From the NCBI GenBank assembly GCA_047495785.1, contig JBLDXI010000017.1:744001-808000 (forward strand): a stretch of DNA of 64,000 bases, read 5' to 3'. The notes below the pieces were generated by a model. It was not told where the DNA came from. It did not search any database and saw nothing but the letters and a program-made list of their open reading frames with translations. Made by a program: the position numbers and the translations under genes. This DNA is from Lepidodermella squamata. Lineage: Eukaryota > Animalia > Gastrotricha. Of this stretch, positions 24,740 through 37,798 are shown piece after piece. The first letter of the stretch is position 1. The number at the start of each line of letters is the position of its first letter.

Positions 24740-25259
24740 AATATCTTTTTAGGACTTTCAGGCCAGTGAAATCCGGTTTAAGACTGCTATTAATAAACCA
24801 CGAAATGGTTTGATTTAAATTAAGAGTTTGAATACCGTACGGGATTGTATTGATCCGCTGGGCTGCAAAAAGCTGATACGCTATTGACCTTCAACGAGTA
24901 CAAAGAGATACTGTTAGCCTTTTTGTGGCCAAATGCATAGATAATACGTTTAGAGATTACATTTTTATGACCTTTTTGTTTCGGTAATAATCAATGAACA
25001 TCTCCTATTTACGTCAAGACGCAGGATTTGTCGTGTTCGTTCCCACATTCATAATTAATAGGAAAGAAGGGAAGAACAAAGACATAGGCAACGATTAACG
25101 ATTGATGCATCGCTATGGAGCAGCAAAGGAAAACTTGTTTATGATCGATTTGATACAAGACACCGTCGACGTTTTGTTAGTCCTTTTCGCTGGTGAATCT
25201 TGTACAAAAGAGCATGTTTACTCAAATGATAAGTCCTACTTAAATCGTAATTTTGTAAA

Positions 25260-28200
25260 ATGGCTGAGGTTTCTACATCCGAGGAACCTTGGTCATCAAA
25301 TGATACAACAACTCCAGAGCATGGCCACGCTAGACTGATTCTGCTACCAAACTCAAGTCTTCCAGAAGAATTGGTTCAAGATAGCCACGGTTCCGGAATT
25401 TCAGGTAGTGGCAGCCATGACGCCGGACTTGACCACCATGACAGCAATGAAGACCACGGAATCTCTCACAACTTGGAAAACCATACCTCAATTCACTCGT
25501 CTGAGGAACACAGTAGCCATGGTAATAATTCATGCCACGCCTCTGTCCACTGCATACCGGGTACATTGTTACCCCTATGGAACCCTGCGCCTATAAAAGC
25601 TCGACTCGAAGATCGCGTCGCTTGGGCCATCTTCTACATCATATTAATGGTCTACATCTTCATCGGAATGTCCATTGTTTCAGACATCTTTGTCTGCGCA
25701 TTGGAGAAGATCATTTCCCAAAAGCGTCGTGTCAAAGTTTCTGAGTCGAAATCGGGCCAAGTTGTCTACGCAAATGTCCACATTTGGAACCATGTCGTAG
25801 CGCATTTGACTCTCCTTGTTTTAGGCTCCTGCGCGCCTGAAATTTTGCTATCTGTCATTGAAACCATCGCCCATTCGTTCACAGCGGGCGAATTGGGCCC
25901 TGGAACTATTGTTGGAGCGGGGGCCTATAACTTGTTCATAATACAAGCGATATGCATAGCCTCTGTTAGAAATGGGAAGTCTAAGAAGATCCGCGATTTG
26001 CGAATCTATTTCGTAACAGCAGCCTTCGCAATTTTCGCCTATATTTGGCTTTATATCATTTTGGTACCTTCGAGTCGGGGCGTTGTCGAAGTTTGGGAGG
26101 CTGTCCTTACCTTCCTAATGTACCCGCTATTGGTCTTCACAGCTTATGCCATCGACAAACATTTTTTCGGAATTTTTTCGAAAAAGAGGCGATCCTCCGC
26201 GGTAGTTCCCATCATTACGGTCGAGGAGGCCACAAGCAGTAGTGAAAGCTCGACCCCGCTACCAAACAACGCTGCTTCATCCAGCGCTGAACCTCCAGCT
26301 GAGCGAAGTAACGATGTTTTCAGTAAGATTGAGAAACGTTACCTCGAGATTACTGATGAGGTTCGAGCGAAGAATCCTAACTTGCCCACGGCAGAGATAA
26401 CACAAATTGCTGCGGTTCAGTTGCTGAAGGAGCTGCCTAAAGGTCACGGCTACTACAGAATGCAGACAGGTCGTGGCGTGGCTGGTGGTGGGGAAATTAT
26501 CAATATGAAAAGATTGCAAGAAATGCTCGCGGCGCAAGAAGAAGAGCGAAATCGAACGTTAGACCGAAATATGCAAGTCATCAGTTTCGATCCTGACCAA
26601 TACAAAGTGATGGAAAATGTTGGGGTCTTCTACGTTAATGTCTCGAGGCAAGGACGAGATCTTGACAATATTGTATTGGTTGATTATCGAACAAAAGATG
26701 GTAAAAAATCCATTCCATTTGGCTTCAATAATTAGGTACTTTTTCAGGCTCTGGAAAAGCTGGGATTGATTACGACAGCGTTCAAGGAACATTAGTTTTC
26801 AACAAAGGCGAAAAGCTGAAGCAAATACCTATTCACATCATTGACGACGATGAATTTACGAACGACTGCGATTTTCATGTAACCCTATCAAACCCGAAAC
26901 TAATTACAATTGGTCTTGCCGGCAGGGTCAGTTATCTTTAGGGTGTCATACACCTTATATATATATATATATAACCATATTCACAGGACACCAAAGTTTC
27001 ATTGGGCGAAAAAAGCACAGCAACAGTTTTTAAGATGGACGACGACCAAGGCGGACTGTTCCATTTTATGAAAGATTCTGAGAAAATTGACGAAAATGTC
27101 GGGGAAGCTTCATTAACTATTGTTCGATCTTCTGGAGTGAAAGGCCGAGTGGACGTTCCTTATAGGATAATTCCTATCACTGCGTTTCCTTACGTCCACT
27201 ACGAGGAAACTAGTACTTCAAATGTAGTTACGTTTGAAGTCCGTCAAACTGAGTAAGTTTCCTATATTCACGTATCCGTTGTTTAATCTAATTTACTTAG
27301 ACAACATGTCAAGGTCAAGATAACGAACGAAGGGAAGCTGAAAAAGGAGAAGACCTTCAAAATCGAACTAGGTGAACCGATTTGGAGTGCTAATCAACGT
27401 CAGCCCACTTTGATCAACAAAAAGCCCAAATCAAACTCTCGAAGGATGTCAGCTATGAAGTACGAACTCAACGACTTACTGAACGAGTCGCTAAATGGAG
27501 ATGGCGTAGTGGAAACATCGAAATTGGGTCGGCCTAGATTGGGCGAACCCAGTTCAATGACCGTTACGATACGAGAAAGTGAAGAGCTGCGAGCCACGCT
27601 GGAAGAGATCGTAGAAATCAGCGAGAACGTCGGCGGTCTTGTGGGAACAACTTCGTGGTCGGATCAATTTCGAAATGCAATGAAACTATACGGAGATATC
27701 GATCCAGATAGCGGGGAGATGAAAGAACCAAATTGGCGCAACTTTGTTATCCACTTCATTACAATCTTTTGGAAGGTCCTCTTTGCTTCGATACCCCCTG
27801 TTTCAATAGGGTTTGGCTGGTTATCGGCCTTTATGGCCTTGCTATTCATAGCCCTCATGACAGCGATTATTGGCGATCTTGCGTCGCATTTAGGCTGTAC
27901 AATTGGTATGCCGGATGAATTGACGGCAATAACTTTCGTCGCGTTGGGTACCAGCTTACCAGACATGTTCGCCTCTCGTTTAGCTGCGATTCGTGAAGAA
28001 TCCGCAGATGCAGCGATTGGGCACGTTAATGGAGCTGTGGCTGTCAATGTTTTTCTGGGCCTTGGCCTGCCCTGGTCTATAGCTGCGATATATCAGAACA
28101 GCATAGGGAAGCAGCTACATGTCCCACCCGGGAGTTTGACGTTTAGCTTCACTACTTTTTTGTCATTCGGCGCTGCCGGCATCTGTGTTGTGCTATTACG

Positions 28201-28339
28201 GCGTCTGAAGCCGGTTCACGGTGAACTCGGCGGCCCTGTAGTTATCCGAACGTTAACCGTAGTGTTTTTTGGTCTTCTATGGCTTGTTTACGTTATTTTA
28301 TCTGCTTTGGATAATTATTGTATAATCGTGACATTTTGA
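25260..28339 (+). CDS. NCX/SLC8-like exchanger copy 3
   Basis: VAHLTLLVLGSCAPE; GPGTIVGAGAYN; two Calx-beta domains; GTSLPD..GHVNGAVAVNV; GELGGP. Confidence 0.93.
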
Positions 28340-28517
28340 CGTGAGAAATTATAATGAATAAAACTGAGCAGATCGAACCTGTGATTTCCGGAAATGTTCT
28401 TTTTCTCAAGACTTCCGGCTGAGCTACGTTCCTTGGCGACATGGAATAACAAACGGAAAACAAATCTTTCTCAGCTATGAACTCGTGCTAATTCTGAAAA
28501 TAAGTCTATATGTTAGA

Positions 28518-31145
28518 ATGAGTAGCCACGAGCTTTCTGCTCAGCTGTTAAATGACGCCGATTTTCTGAATGGATCCGAGACCAATGATTCAAATCATAC
28601 GATACTGCATCAATCTCACTGTGCAAGGGAGCGATGCGTCGAGGGTCTCATAATTCCGATATGGCTACCGGACAATCAACACATCCCAACTGCGGAGAGA
28701 GCAGGACGAATCGTCGTCTATATTCTAGTGCTCGCCTACCTTTTCGTTGGCATGTCCATTGTCGCGGATCATTTTGTCGAAGCCATTGAAGTTATAACAT
28801 CAAAAAAGCGAAAGGTTAAGGTGGTGTCGACCAATGGTGACGTTAAAACAATTCATGTCCCGGTTTGGAACGAACAAGTCGCACATTTCACGCTGTTTGT
28901 TCTCAGCGGCTGTGCCCCTGAAATTATATTATCAGTGGTCGAAACTGTGAAAAACGACTTCGAAACGGAAGAATTAGGTCCTGGTACTATCATCGGATCC
29001 GGCTGCTACAACTTGTTCATCATCACAGGTATCTGCATTGCATCCGTAGGAAAACCAAAAAGAATCGAGGAGTTGCATGTATTCTTCATGACTTGTAAGA
29101 TTTTCATACTCAATCCTCAATAGCTCACTTCAAATGTTAATCTGTTTCAGCTACTTGGATGATTTTCGCCTATCTTTGGCTTTATTTCATCGTCGTAATC
29201 AACTCACACTCAATAATCGAGGTTTGGGAAGCTGTTGTCACACTGGCGTTCTACCCGTTGCTCGTGATATCGGCTTACCTCGTCGACAAGTACGCTCGTA
29301 ACCTTCGAAATTGCTTCAAGCGAGAGAATTCGGTATTACCTCACGTTTCACTAGCAGAACAGTCGCGTGAGGCATTGAATTGGCGCGAAAAACGATTCGC
29401 TGTTCTAATGAAGGAGCTGAGAGGAAAGAACCCTAGCTTGGCCCCTGCTGAAATTCAAGAACTAGCCGAATTGGAGATGTTGAAAGAAATGCCGAAAGGG
29501 CGTAACTACTATCGCATGCAAGCCGCGCGTCAACTCGCCGGCGGGGGAGATTTGATCAATCGCGAAAAGTTACGCGAGAAATTCATCCGTTCTGAGGGTG
29601 CATTTTCCGACCCCGAGTATCAAATGATTACTTTCGAACCGAAAACATATGTGGCTATGGAGGACAGTGGCCAATGCAAACTCACCCTAATTCGAAGAGG
29701 TTTCATCGCAAATTCAGTGAGCATTGACTATTCCACCAAGGACGGGAGTGGGAGAGCGGGGACCGACTACGTTCAGACCGACAAGTCGCTAACGTTCTTG
29801 CCACATGAGAGTCAGAAGACAATCTATATCCAGATTGTTGATGATGATGAGTTCAAAGAAAGCACGCAGTTCTTCGTTACCATCTCAAACCCTGTATTTG
29901 TTAGTGGAAAGGGGAAAGCCCCTGTTCTTGAAGGAGATACTGCCACAATAACGAAGTTGGATGACGACCATGGGGGCAATTTCCATTTTACGACAGAGAA
30001 GCTCGAGGTGGAGGAAAACTGCGGCCAAATCTCCATTCGAGTTGCTAGATCTTCGGGGGCTAAAGGCAGTGTGATCTTACCTTTGAAACTATTGCCAATA
30101 TCAGCTGAGGCTGATATCCATTACGAAGATCCTAAGATAACAGAGTTACTCTTCGATAGCCGGCAGACCGAATACGATATCCCTTTTCGAATCATAGACG
30201 AATGCACTTTGGAGCAAAAATCGGTCGAGCTCGATATCGAGTTGGGCCAACCGAGATGGGCGCCGAAACAAGATGGGAATTTGACTGTCACGAAACTCGG
30301 CCAACCCAAGCTGAAACCTCCCTCGAAGTTGCGCCTCACAATCACAGAAAATAAGAGTCTTAAGCGTATTGTCAGTGAGATTGCTGAAACCGAAGTTGGA
30401 GATTTGGTCGGTTCAACTAGCTGGAAACAGAAGTTTGTCGATGCCGTCACTCTCCAGCAAGAGAAAGGTGAATCTAAAAGGAAAATATGCCTCAAATATT
30501 GCATGCACGGTTTGACTATTTTCTGGAAAATTGTCTGCGTCTTCATCCCTCCAACAGGTATTTTTTCATCTCCCAAAATTAAAGCAGTATTCTCAGATTT
30601 TTATAGCTTATCTCGATGGATGGCCTGCGTTCTTCGTCGCCCTTTGTCTCGTTGGGATACTGACAGCAATAATTGGTGATATCGCGAACGCATTAGGCTG
30701 TACGATAGGTTTAGCGGATGAGCTCACTGCTGTTACCTTTGTATCATTGGGGACCAGCTTACCAGATCTGTTCGCAAGTCGCATCGCTGCGTTGAAAGAG
30801 GACTCAGCCGACGCGGCAATAGGACATGTATCCGGTGCGAACGCGGTCAACGTATTTCTCGGCATTGGGCTAGCTTGGTCGATGGCTTCTATCAAGCAGC
30901 AAAGTGATGGACATGCTCTGCATATCAATGTCGGAAGTTTCCCGTACTGCATCATTCTGTTTTTCAGTTTTGCGACTTGTGCTGTTGTCGTACTTTTCCT
31001 TCGAAGATTGCCACCAATTCGCGGCGAACTTGGTGGGCCTAAAATTCTGAAGTATCTGACTCTAGGCTTCTTCGTATCATTATGGCTGGCTTATATTGTA
31101 TTGGTAGCCTTGGACACGTACTGTATTGCTAGGCCGAATTTATGA
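28518..31145 (+). CDS. NCX/SLC8-like exchanger copy 4
   Basis: VAHFTLFVLSGCAPE; IVDDDEF; KLDDDHGG; GTSLPD..GHVSGANAVNV. Confidence 0.93.
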
Positions 31146-31418
31146 GCAATTAAATTTTCTTTTGTATTTTGTGATATGATTCATTCGTACTGGCTTTTGG
31201 CATAATAATGTTGTCAACACAGTTTAGTTTGTAAAATTGATTTTACACAGGTCAGACTTACGCGGTGTTCGCAAAGCCCCTAGGGAAATGCATCCACGGA
31301 GACCGTTTATCGCTATTCGCGATTTTATTACAACGATGGAAAAATCGATTTTAAAACCTTGCTGCGATTTCAAAGCTGATAGCTGAAAGCTGTCTAAGGC
31401 TGGTTCGAGAAAGGCTCA

Positions 31419-34103
31419 ATGACAGTCTCTGATATCAGCAATCATCTCAAATTGAATTCAAGTAATTATAGCTTAGAAAATCGCACGAATTCGACGATTC
31501 GGTGCGCCACTGAAAAATGCACGGATGGCAAATTGATTCCACAATGGCTTCCTGATGTCCACTACGCCTCACCAGTGGACCGAACTGGTCGCATCATAGT
31601 CTATATCCTATCACTTTTCTATTTATTCGTCGGCATGTACGTTGCATCTGACCGTTTTGTGGCCGCTATTGAGGTGGTTACCTCACAAAAGCGGCGTGTC
31701 AAAGTCGTCTCGAAAAGTGGCCATGTCGAATACGTTCGAGTTAAAGTCTGGAATGAAACAGTCGCTCATTTAACGCTATTCGTTCTGGGCAGTTGTGCCC
31801 CTGAAATTTTTCTCTCCGTTGTTGAAATTGTCACTAATGACTTTCAAACCGAGGAATTAGGTTTGAAAAATGTCTTTTTCTGGGCATATTGAGGTCATTG
31901 TCCCTCTTTATAACAGGTCCTGGAACGATTGTTGGTTCAGGATGCTACAATCTATTCGTGATAACAGGAATATGCATTGCATCTGTCGGCAAGCCTGCGA
32001 AGAAAATTGGCGAATTGCCGGTGTTTTTCACTACTGGTAAGGATTGAATAGCTTTTCTGTTATCATTCAATTTTACCTATGTTAACAGCTGCTTGGAGCT
32101 TATTCGCTTACCTATGGTTGTACTACATTATCGTTCTCAATTCTTATGCCGTTATTGAAGTTTGGGAGGCTTTGTTGACCCTAATCTACTACCCCGCCAT
32201 GGTAATATCAGCTTACCTTGTCGAGAAGTACGCTCCTTTAGTAAAGGCATGCCTGAAAAAAGGCAGCGCAGTTCAACCTCACAGCGAAGCTCAACAAGCC
32301 ATCGAAGCGATAGACTGGCGAGAGCGGCGCATTGCCGTCATAATGAAGGACTTGAGAGCAAAATACCCGGACAAGTCATCGACAGACATTCAAGAAATGG
32401 CCGAGCTCGAACTGTTGAAGGAGATACCTAAAGACCGAAACTTCTACCGAGTGCAGGCTGCTAGGCAAATGGCTGGTGGAGGTGATATTATAAACCGAGA
32501 GAAGGTTCGCAGCGTATTTGCCCGAAATGAATCTCGAAATATCGAAGTGAAAGACTATGATTCTCATGTAATTTCTTTCGATCCCGTCTCGTACACTGTT
32601 ATGGAAGACTGCGGAAAATGCAAGCTAACGGTCGTCCGCCAGGGCCTAAACCTCGGCAACACAATTACCGTTGACTATTCGACAAAAGAATATACAGGGA
32701 AGCCTGGGGTCGATTACGTCCACATTGCGAAGAAGCTTACATTTCATCCCCACGAAAACAGCAAAAACATCTACGTCGAGATTATCGACGACGAATTTTA
32801 CAATGCTGATACTCAATTCTTTGTGGAGCTTAGTAATCCAGTTCTCATCAGTGGCAACGGCGTTGTGCCTAAATTACGTGATGAAACGGCAACAGTCACG
32901 AAGTTGGAAGATGATCAGGGTGGATTTTTCAGTTTTGAAACCAGCGAGACTACAGTGGAAGAAAATTGCGGCCAGGTCAGCATTAAAATTCTCAGAAGCA
33001 GCGGCGCTAAAGGAACTGTAATTCTGCCGTTCAAATTGGAACCAATCACCGCAAAACCAGACGTTGATTACGATGATCCGGGGCGGAACGAAATCGTATT
33101 CGATCACCATCAAACTGAGTATGAAATGCGAGTCGCAATCATTGATGAATGTAAGGTCGACGTGAAAAATGTCCAATTTGCTATGACTATCGGGAATCCT
33201 GTGTGGGCGACACCCGATCAACACGACGTAGCCAATGTTGACACTCAACATCTCGGTAAACCAGGACTTGGATCACCGTCAAGATGCGTGATAACCATAA
33301 CGCAAAACAAAGGGCTCGAGAAGATTTTGAACGACATAGCTGAAACTGATGTTGGTCAATTGATTGGGACAACTACTTGGACTGAGCAGTTTAAGGAGGC
33401 GATCACAATACCGCGCGATCCTTCGAATCAATCAAAGATGCGCTTGGTACTAGATTTTGCCTTTCACATTCTTACAGTTTTCTGGAAAATACTGTTCGCA
33501 GCCATACCACCAACAGGTAATTCTTGCAATGGCGATTTTGAATCTTATTGACAGTATTTCATAGGTTATTTAGGCGGCTGGGCTGCTTTTTTCACTTCGT
33601 TTGGTTTAATCGGCCTTATGACGGCCGTGATTGGTGATTTGGCTAACGCTATCGGCTGCACCCTCGGGCTTGCTGATGAACTAACTGCTGTTACATTTGT
33701 CTCCCTCGGAGCATCTCTCCCTGACTTATTCGCAAGCCGAATCGCAGCTATTCGCGAGGACTCGGCCGACTCAGCTATAGGCCACGTAAATGGGGCCAAC
33801 GCTGCAAATGTGTTTCTCGGAATCGGATTAGCCTGGTCAATTGCAGCAATCAAGCAAAGCAATGACGGCCATGATCTTCACATAAATGTCGGCAGTTTCC
33901 CGTATTGTGTCGTCCTATTTTTCAGTTTCGCCAGTTTTGCCTTGATGATTTTGTTGCTACGCCGGTTACCACCAGTTCGCGGAGAACTTGGCGGTCCATT
34001 GGTGATCAAATGTGCAACTGTCGGGGTGTTCTGGGCCCTCTACGCTTCTTACGTGGTGCTGGTTGCCCTAGATACTTACTGCATAGTAAGACCGAATTTA
34101 TAA
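31419..34103 (+). CDS. NCX/SLC8-like exchanger copy 5
   Basis: VAHLTLFVLGSCAPE; Calx-beta pair; GASLPD..GHVNGANAANV. Confidence 0.93.
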
Positions 34104-34570
34104 ATTTCGTGCTAATGGTTACATATATATATGAGAATTTAGACGTGTTTACTTTCAATCGATATTTAATGGTATATAATAAAACATGTCTCGAAATTTG
34201 TCCAAATCTCAAATTTAGGAATGTGGGTCTCACGTTGCTAAGCAATAGCAGCATATAACATAGCAATTACACGTGCCTGTAAATTATCGTTGCCCGGCGA
34301 GGTAATGTATCGATACATCATTGCCATGGCGTGTCGCAGCTCTCGCTCTCGAGCATGAAAAAGGTTTCCCTTCCGATTTAGCCACTCGTGCTGCAGCGCC
34401 GCCCAGGGGAAATGACGTATAACACATGTTGGCTTATAGAGCTGCATAGCGAATTCATTTATTTCTATCAGAAAAAAATCTAGAATTTCAGTCGATATGT
34501 CCAATTAAACCATTTATATATATGCTTTTCATGTTCAAAATTCAACCCATGGCGTGAAACGCTGGTGGCC

Positions 34571-37269
34571 ATGAGCCTCGTGGTAAATGAAACATGGTTC
34601 AACAACGCAACATTGGATGTCGAGCTGGAAATCGAAAATGGGTCAAATCATTCCCATGCCCATACCCAGCATCACTGCGCAAGTGAGAAATGTGTTAGTG
34701 GCAAAATTATACCGCTTTGGCTCCCTACAATTGACAAAATTTCGTCTGGTGAACGAGCCGGTCGAGTTATCTTATACGTGCTTTCACTCGCCTACCTATT
34801 TCTCGGCATGTCAATAGTCTCAGATCGTTTTGTAGCCGCTATTGAAGTGATTGTTAGCCGAAAGCGTAAAACCAAAATTCTCAAACCCAATGGCCAAACT
34901 GAGGAAGTTAGCGTTCCGATTTGGAACGAGGTTGTCGCACATCTTACGCTGCTTGTGTTGGGTGGATGCGCGCCGGAAATTATACTATCTATTGTCGAAA
35001 CGATCTCGAATGGCTTTCAAACTGAAGAGCTCGGTAAATTACGCTTACGATAAATTGTGTCAATTCGGCTGAACTTGTTTGTAGGACCCGGTACCATAGT
35101 GGGATCTGGTTGCTACAACTTGTTCATTATAACTGGCATTTGTATTGGCTCGGTCGGAGAACAATCGAAACGCGTTGTCGATATGCCGGTATTTTTTACA
35201 ACTGGTAAGTTTCGCTTTCATCTGCCAATAATTTAAACAATGTGTTTATTTTATTCATTTCTGATTTTTAGCTGCTTGGAGCATATTTGCTTACCTATGG
35301 CTCTATTTTATCTGCGTTATGAATACTCACGCGATCATCGATGTCTGGGAAGCCCTCGTTACCTTATTCTTCTACCCAGTGATGGTTGTTACTGCTTACC
35401 TCGCCGACGAATACGTTCCCGTTTTAATCCAATGCGTGAGAAAGAAAACTATACACCCTGAAATGGGTCACAACCATACAGGAAACGAAGAAGAGACGTC
35501 GCGGGCGAAGCGATTTTCAGATCTGTTAAAGGAAAAGCGGGCTCAAAATCCGGGTGCGTCGGCCAACGAAATCGAGGAAATGGTTGAGATGGAGATGCTC
35601 AAAGAGCTTCCGAAAGACAGAAGCTACTACAGGATGCAAGGATCACGGCATATCAACAAGGACATGCTCAAGGAAAAATTGTCAATCATATCAAACGAGA
35701 GCTTCACGTCAAAACACGCAGATAACCCTGATTTACAGACTATTGCATTCGACCCGGCGAACTATGAGGTACCCGAGGATTGTGGAAAATGCAAACTCAC
35801 AGTAATCCGTCACGGTCAAAAGCTGAACAATTCCGTAACCGTTGATTACTTCACCAAAGAGGGCACGGGCAAAGAAGGAGCCGACTACGTCAAAACTTCT
35901 GGAAGTCTGAAATTCGAGCCCAATGAAACATCGAAAGAAATAAGCGTCGAAATTATTGACGATGATGATTTCAATGAAGATACCGAGTTTTTCGTCTGCC
36001 TCAAGAATCCCCAGCTGCATGGCGGTAAAGGCAGGCTCGAGTTACATAACGATGGCATAGCGAAAGTTAAAAAGCTGGACGACGATCACGGCGGAATCTT
36101 CCACTTTGAAGCCTCAGAGCTATCAGTTCAAGAAAACTGGGCGACTTATCATCTAGTCGTTCACAGGAGCTCTGGTTGCAAAGGTTCTGTCATAATTCCA
36201 TTCAAAATCAACCCTGTTAGCGCTGAGCCAGGCGTTCACTTCAAAATTCCGAATGTTACGGAAGCCCTTTTCGAGGATCATCAAACAGAATATGCAATTC
36301 CTATCGAGATCATTGACGAAAGCAAGTTGGAAGCTAAAGCAGTCACTTTCCGAGTGAATCTCGAACCGCCTCGCTGGAACAAAAAGCAATTAACTGGAAA
36401 GATTGATACCGACAATTTAGGAGCTCCTCTATTGAAAGAGCCAAAATCTGTCGTAGTAACCATTACTGAAAACAAGCACCTCGAGAAAGTTATGCATGCT
36501 ATTGCTGAAACTGAAGCGGCAGAACTTATTGCTACAACAACTTGGCACAGCCAATTCAAAGAAGCATTCACCGTCGATATCGAACCAGATTCGTCAATCC
36601 CTAGGCGGATTCTCGCATATTTTACTTATGGGTTGACCTTCTTCTGGAATTTTTTGTTTGCCTTCATACCCCCAACTTGTGAGTTATTTCGGGAATCGCC
36701 TCCTTAAAGTAATTAATCTTTACTTTCCAGCATTATTAGGAGGCTGGCCAGCCTTTTTCACTGCTTTCCTCCTTATTGGTCTGAAAACTGCAGTAATTGG
36801 AGATTTGGCAAACGCTATCGGATGCACTATTGGTTTGGCTGACGAGTTGACGGCGGTAACATTTGTCTCATTGGGAACCAGCTTGCCTGATTTATTCGCG
36901 AGTCGAATCGCAGCATTGAAGGAAGAAAGAGCCGATGCTGCGATTGGACACGTGTCCGGGGCAAATGCTACAAACGTGTTCCTCGGCATAGGAATAGCCT
37001 GGTCTATAGCTGCGATCAAGCAAAGCTACGATGGAAATGTTCTTCATATCAACGTCGGCAGTTTTTCGTATTGTATCGTTTTATTTTTAAGTTTCGCTTG
37101 CTGTGCAATCATAATCCTTCTTCTACGGCGCCTACCTCCTATTCATGGCGAATTAGGGGGCCCTAGAACGTTGAAATACCTTACGGTTGCGACTTTTTTC
37201 AGCTTCTGGGCTGCTTACATTATTCTAGTGGCATTAGACACTTATTGCATACTAAGGCCAAACTGGTAA
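34571..37269 (+). CDS. NCX/SLC8-like exchanger copy 6
   Basis: VAHLTLLVLGGCAPE; IIDDDDFNED; GTSLPD..GHVSGANATNV. Confidence 0.93.
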
Positions 37270-37798
37270 AAGTTTTGAACTGTGATACTTTTCGATCTTC
37301 CATATAGATGCAACGAGTGCATTTTAAATAATAAATAAACGACTGTGCTGTTTATGTTTAAGGTGGATGATTTTTGACATTTGACATTTGAATCAACCCG
37401 AAATTTCACAGAGCGATGGGTTTTCAAGTACATATGGTCATGTACGGTTGCATGACAGTAGATATTGATTGTTTCCAGTCATGCAGTGAATAATAACTGA
37501 CAGCACAGGTTGATAACGGCAAAGCTCAGCCGCATAACAATATATTGCAATTTATATTTGTTTTTATCGACCGAGGCTAAACGTATAATCCTGAAATTGC
37601 GAGAGGGCGACACTCCCAGGTTTAGCTTTAATTCCGCAATAGTAGTCACCCGTTTTTTCGTCGCGCCGCGTCTCTAGACTTTATGGCGGAAGCAGAAAGC
37701 AGCGGAAGCCTTATAAAAAAAATAGCTCTGATTTTCAAAATAAAGTAGGGGATTTTTTTGTATGAATAGCTCTAACTCAGTTCTTGCAATCCAAGAGC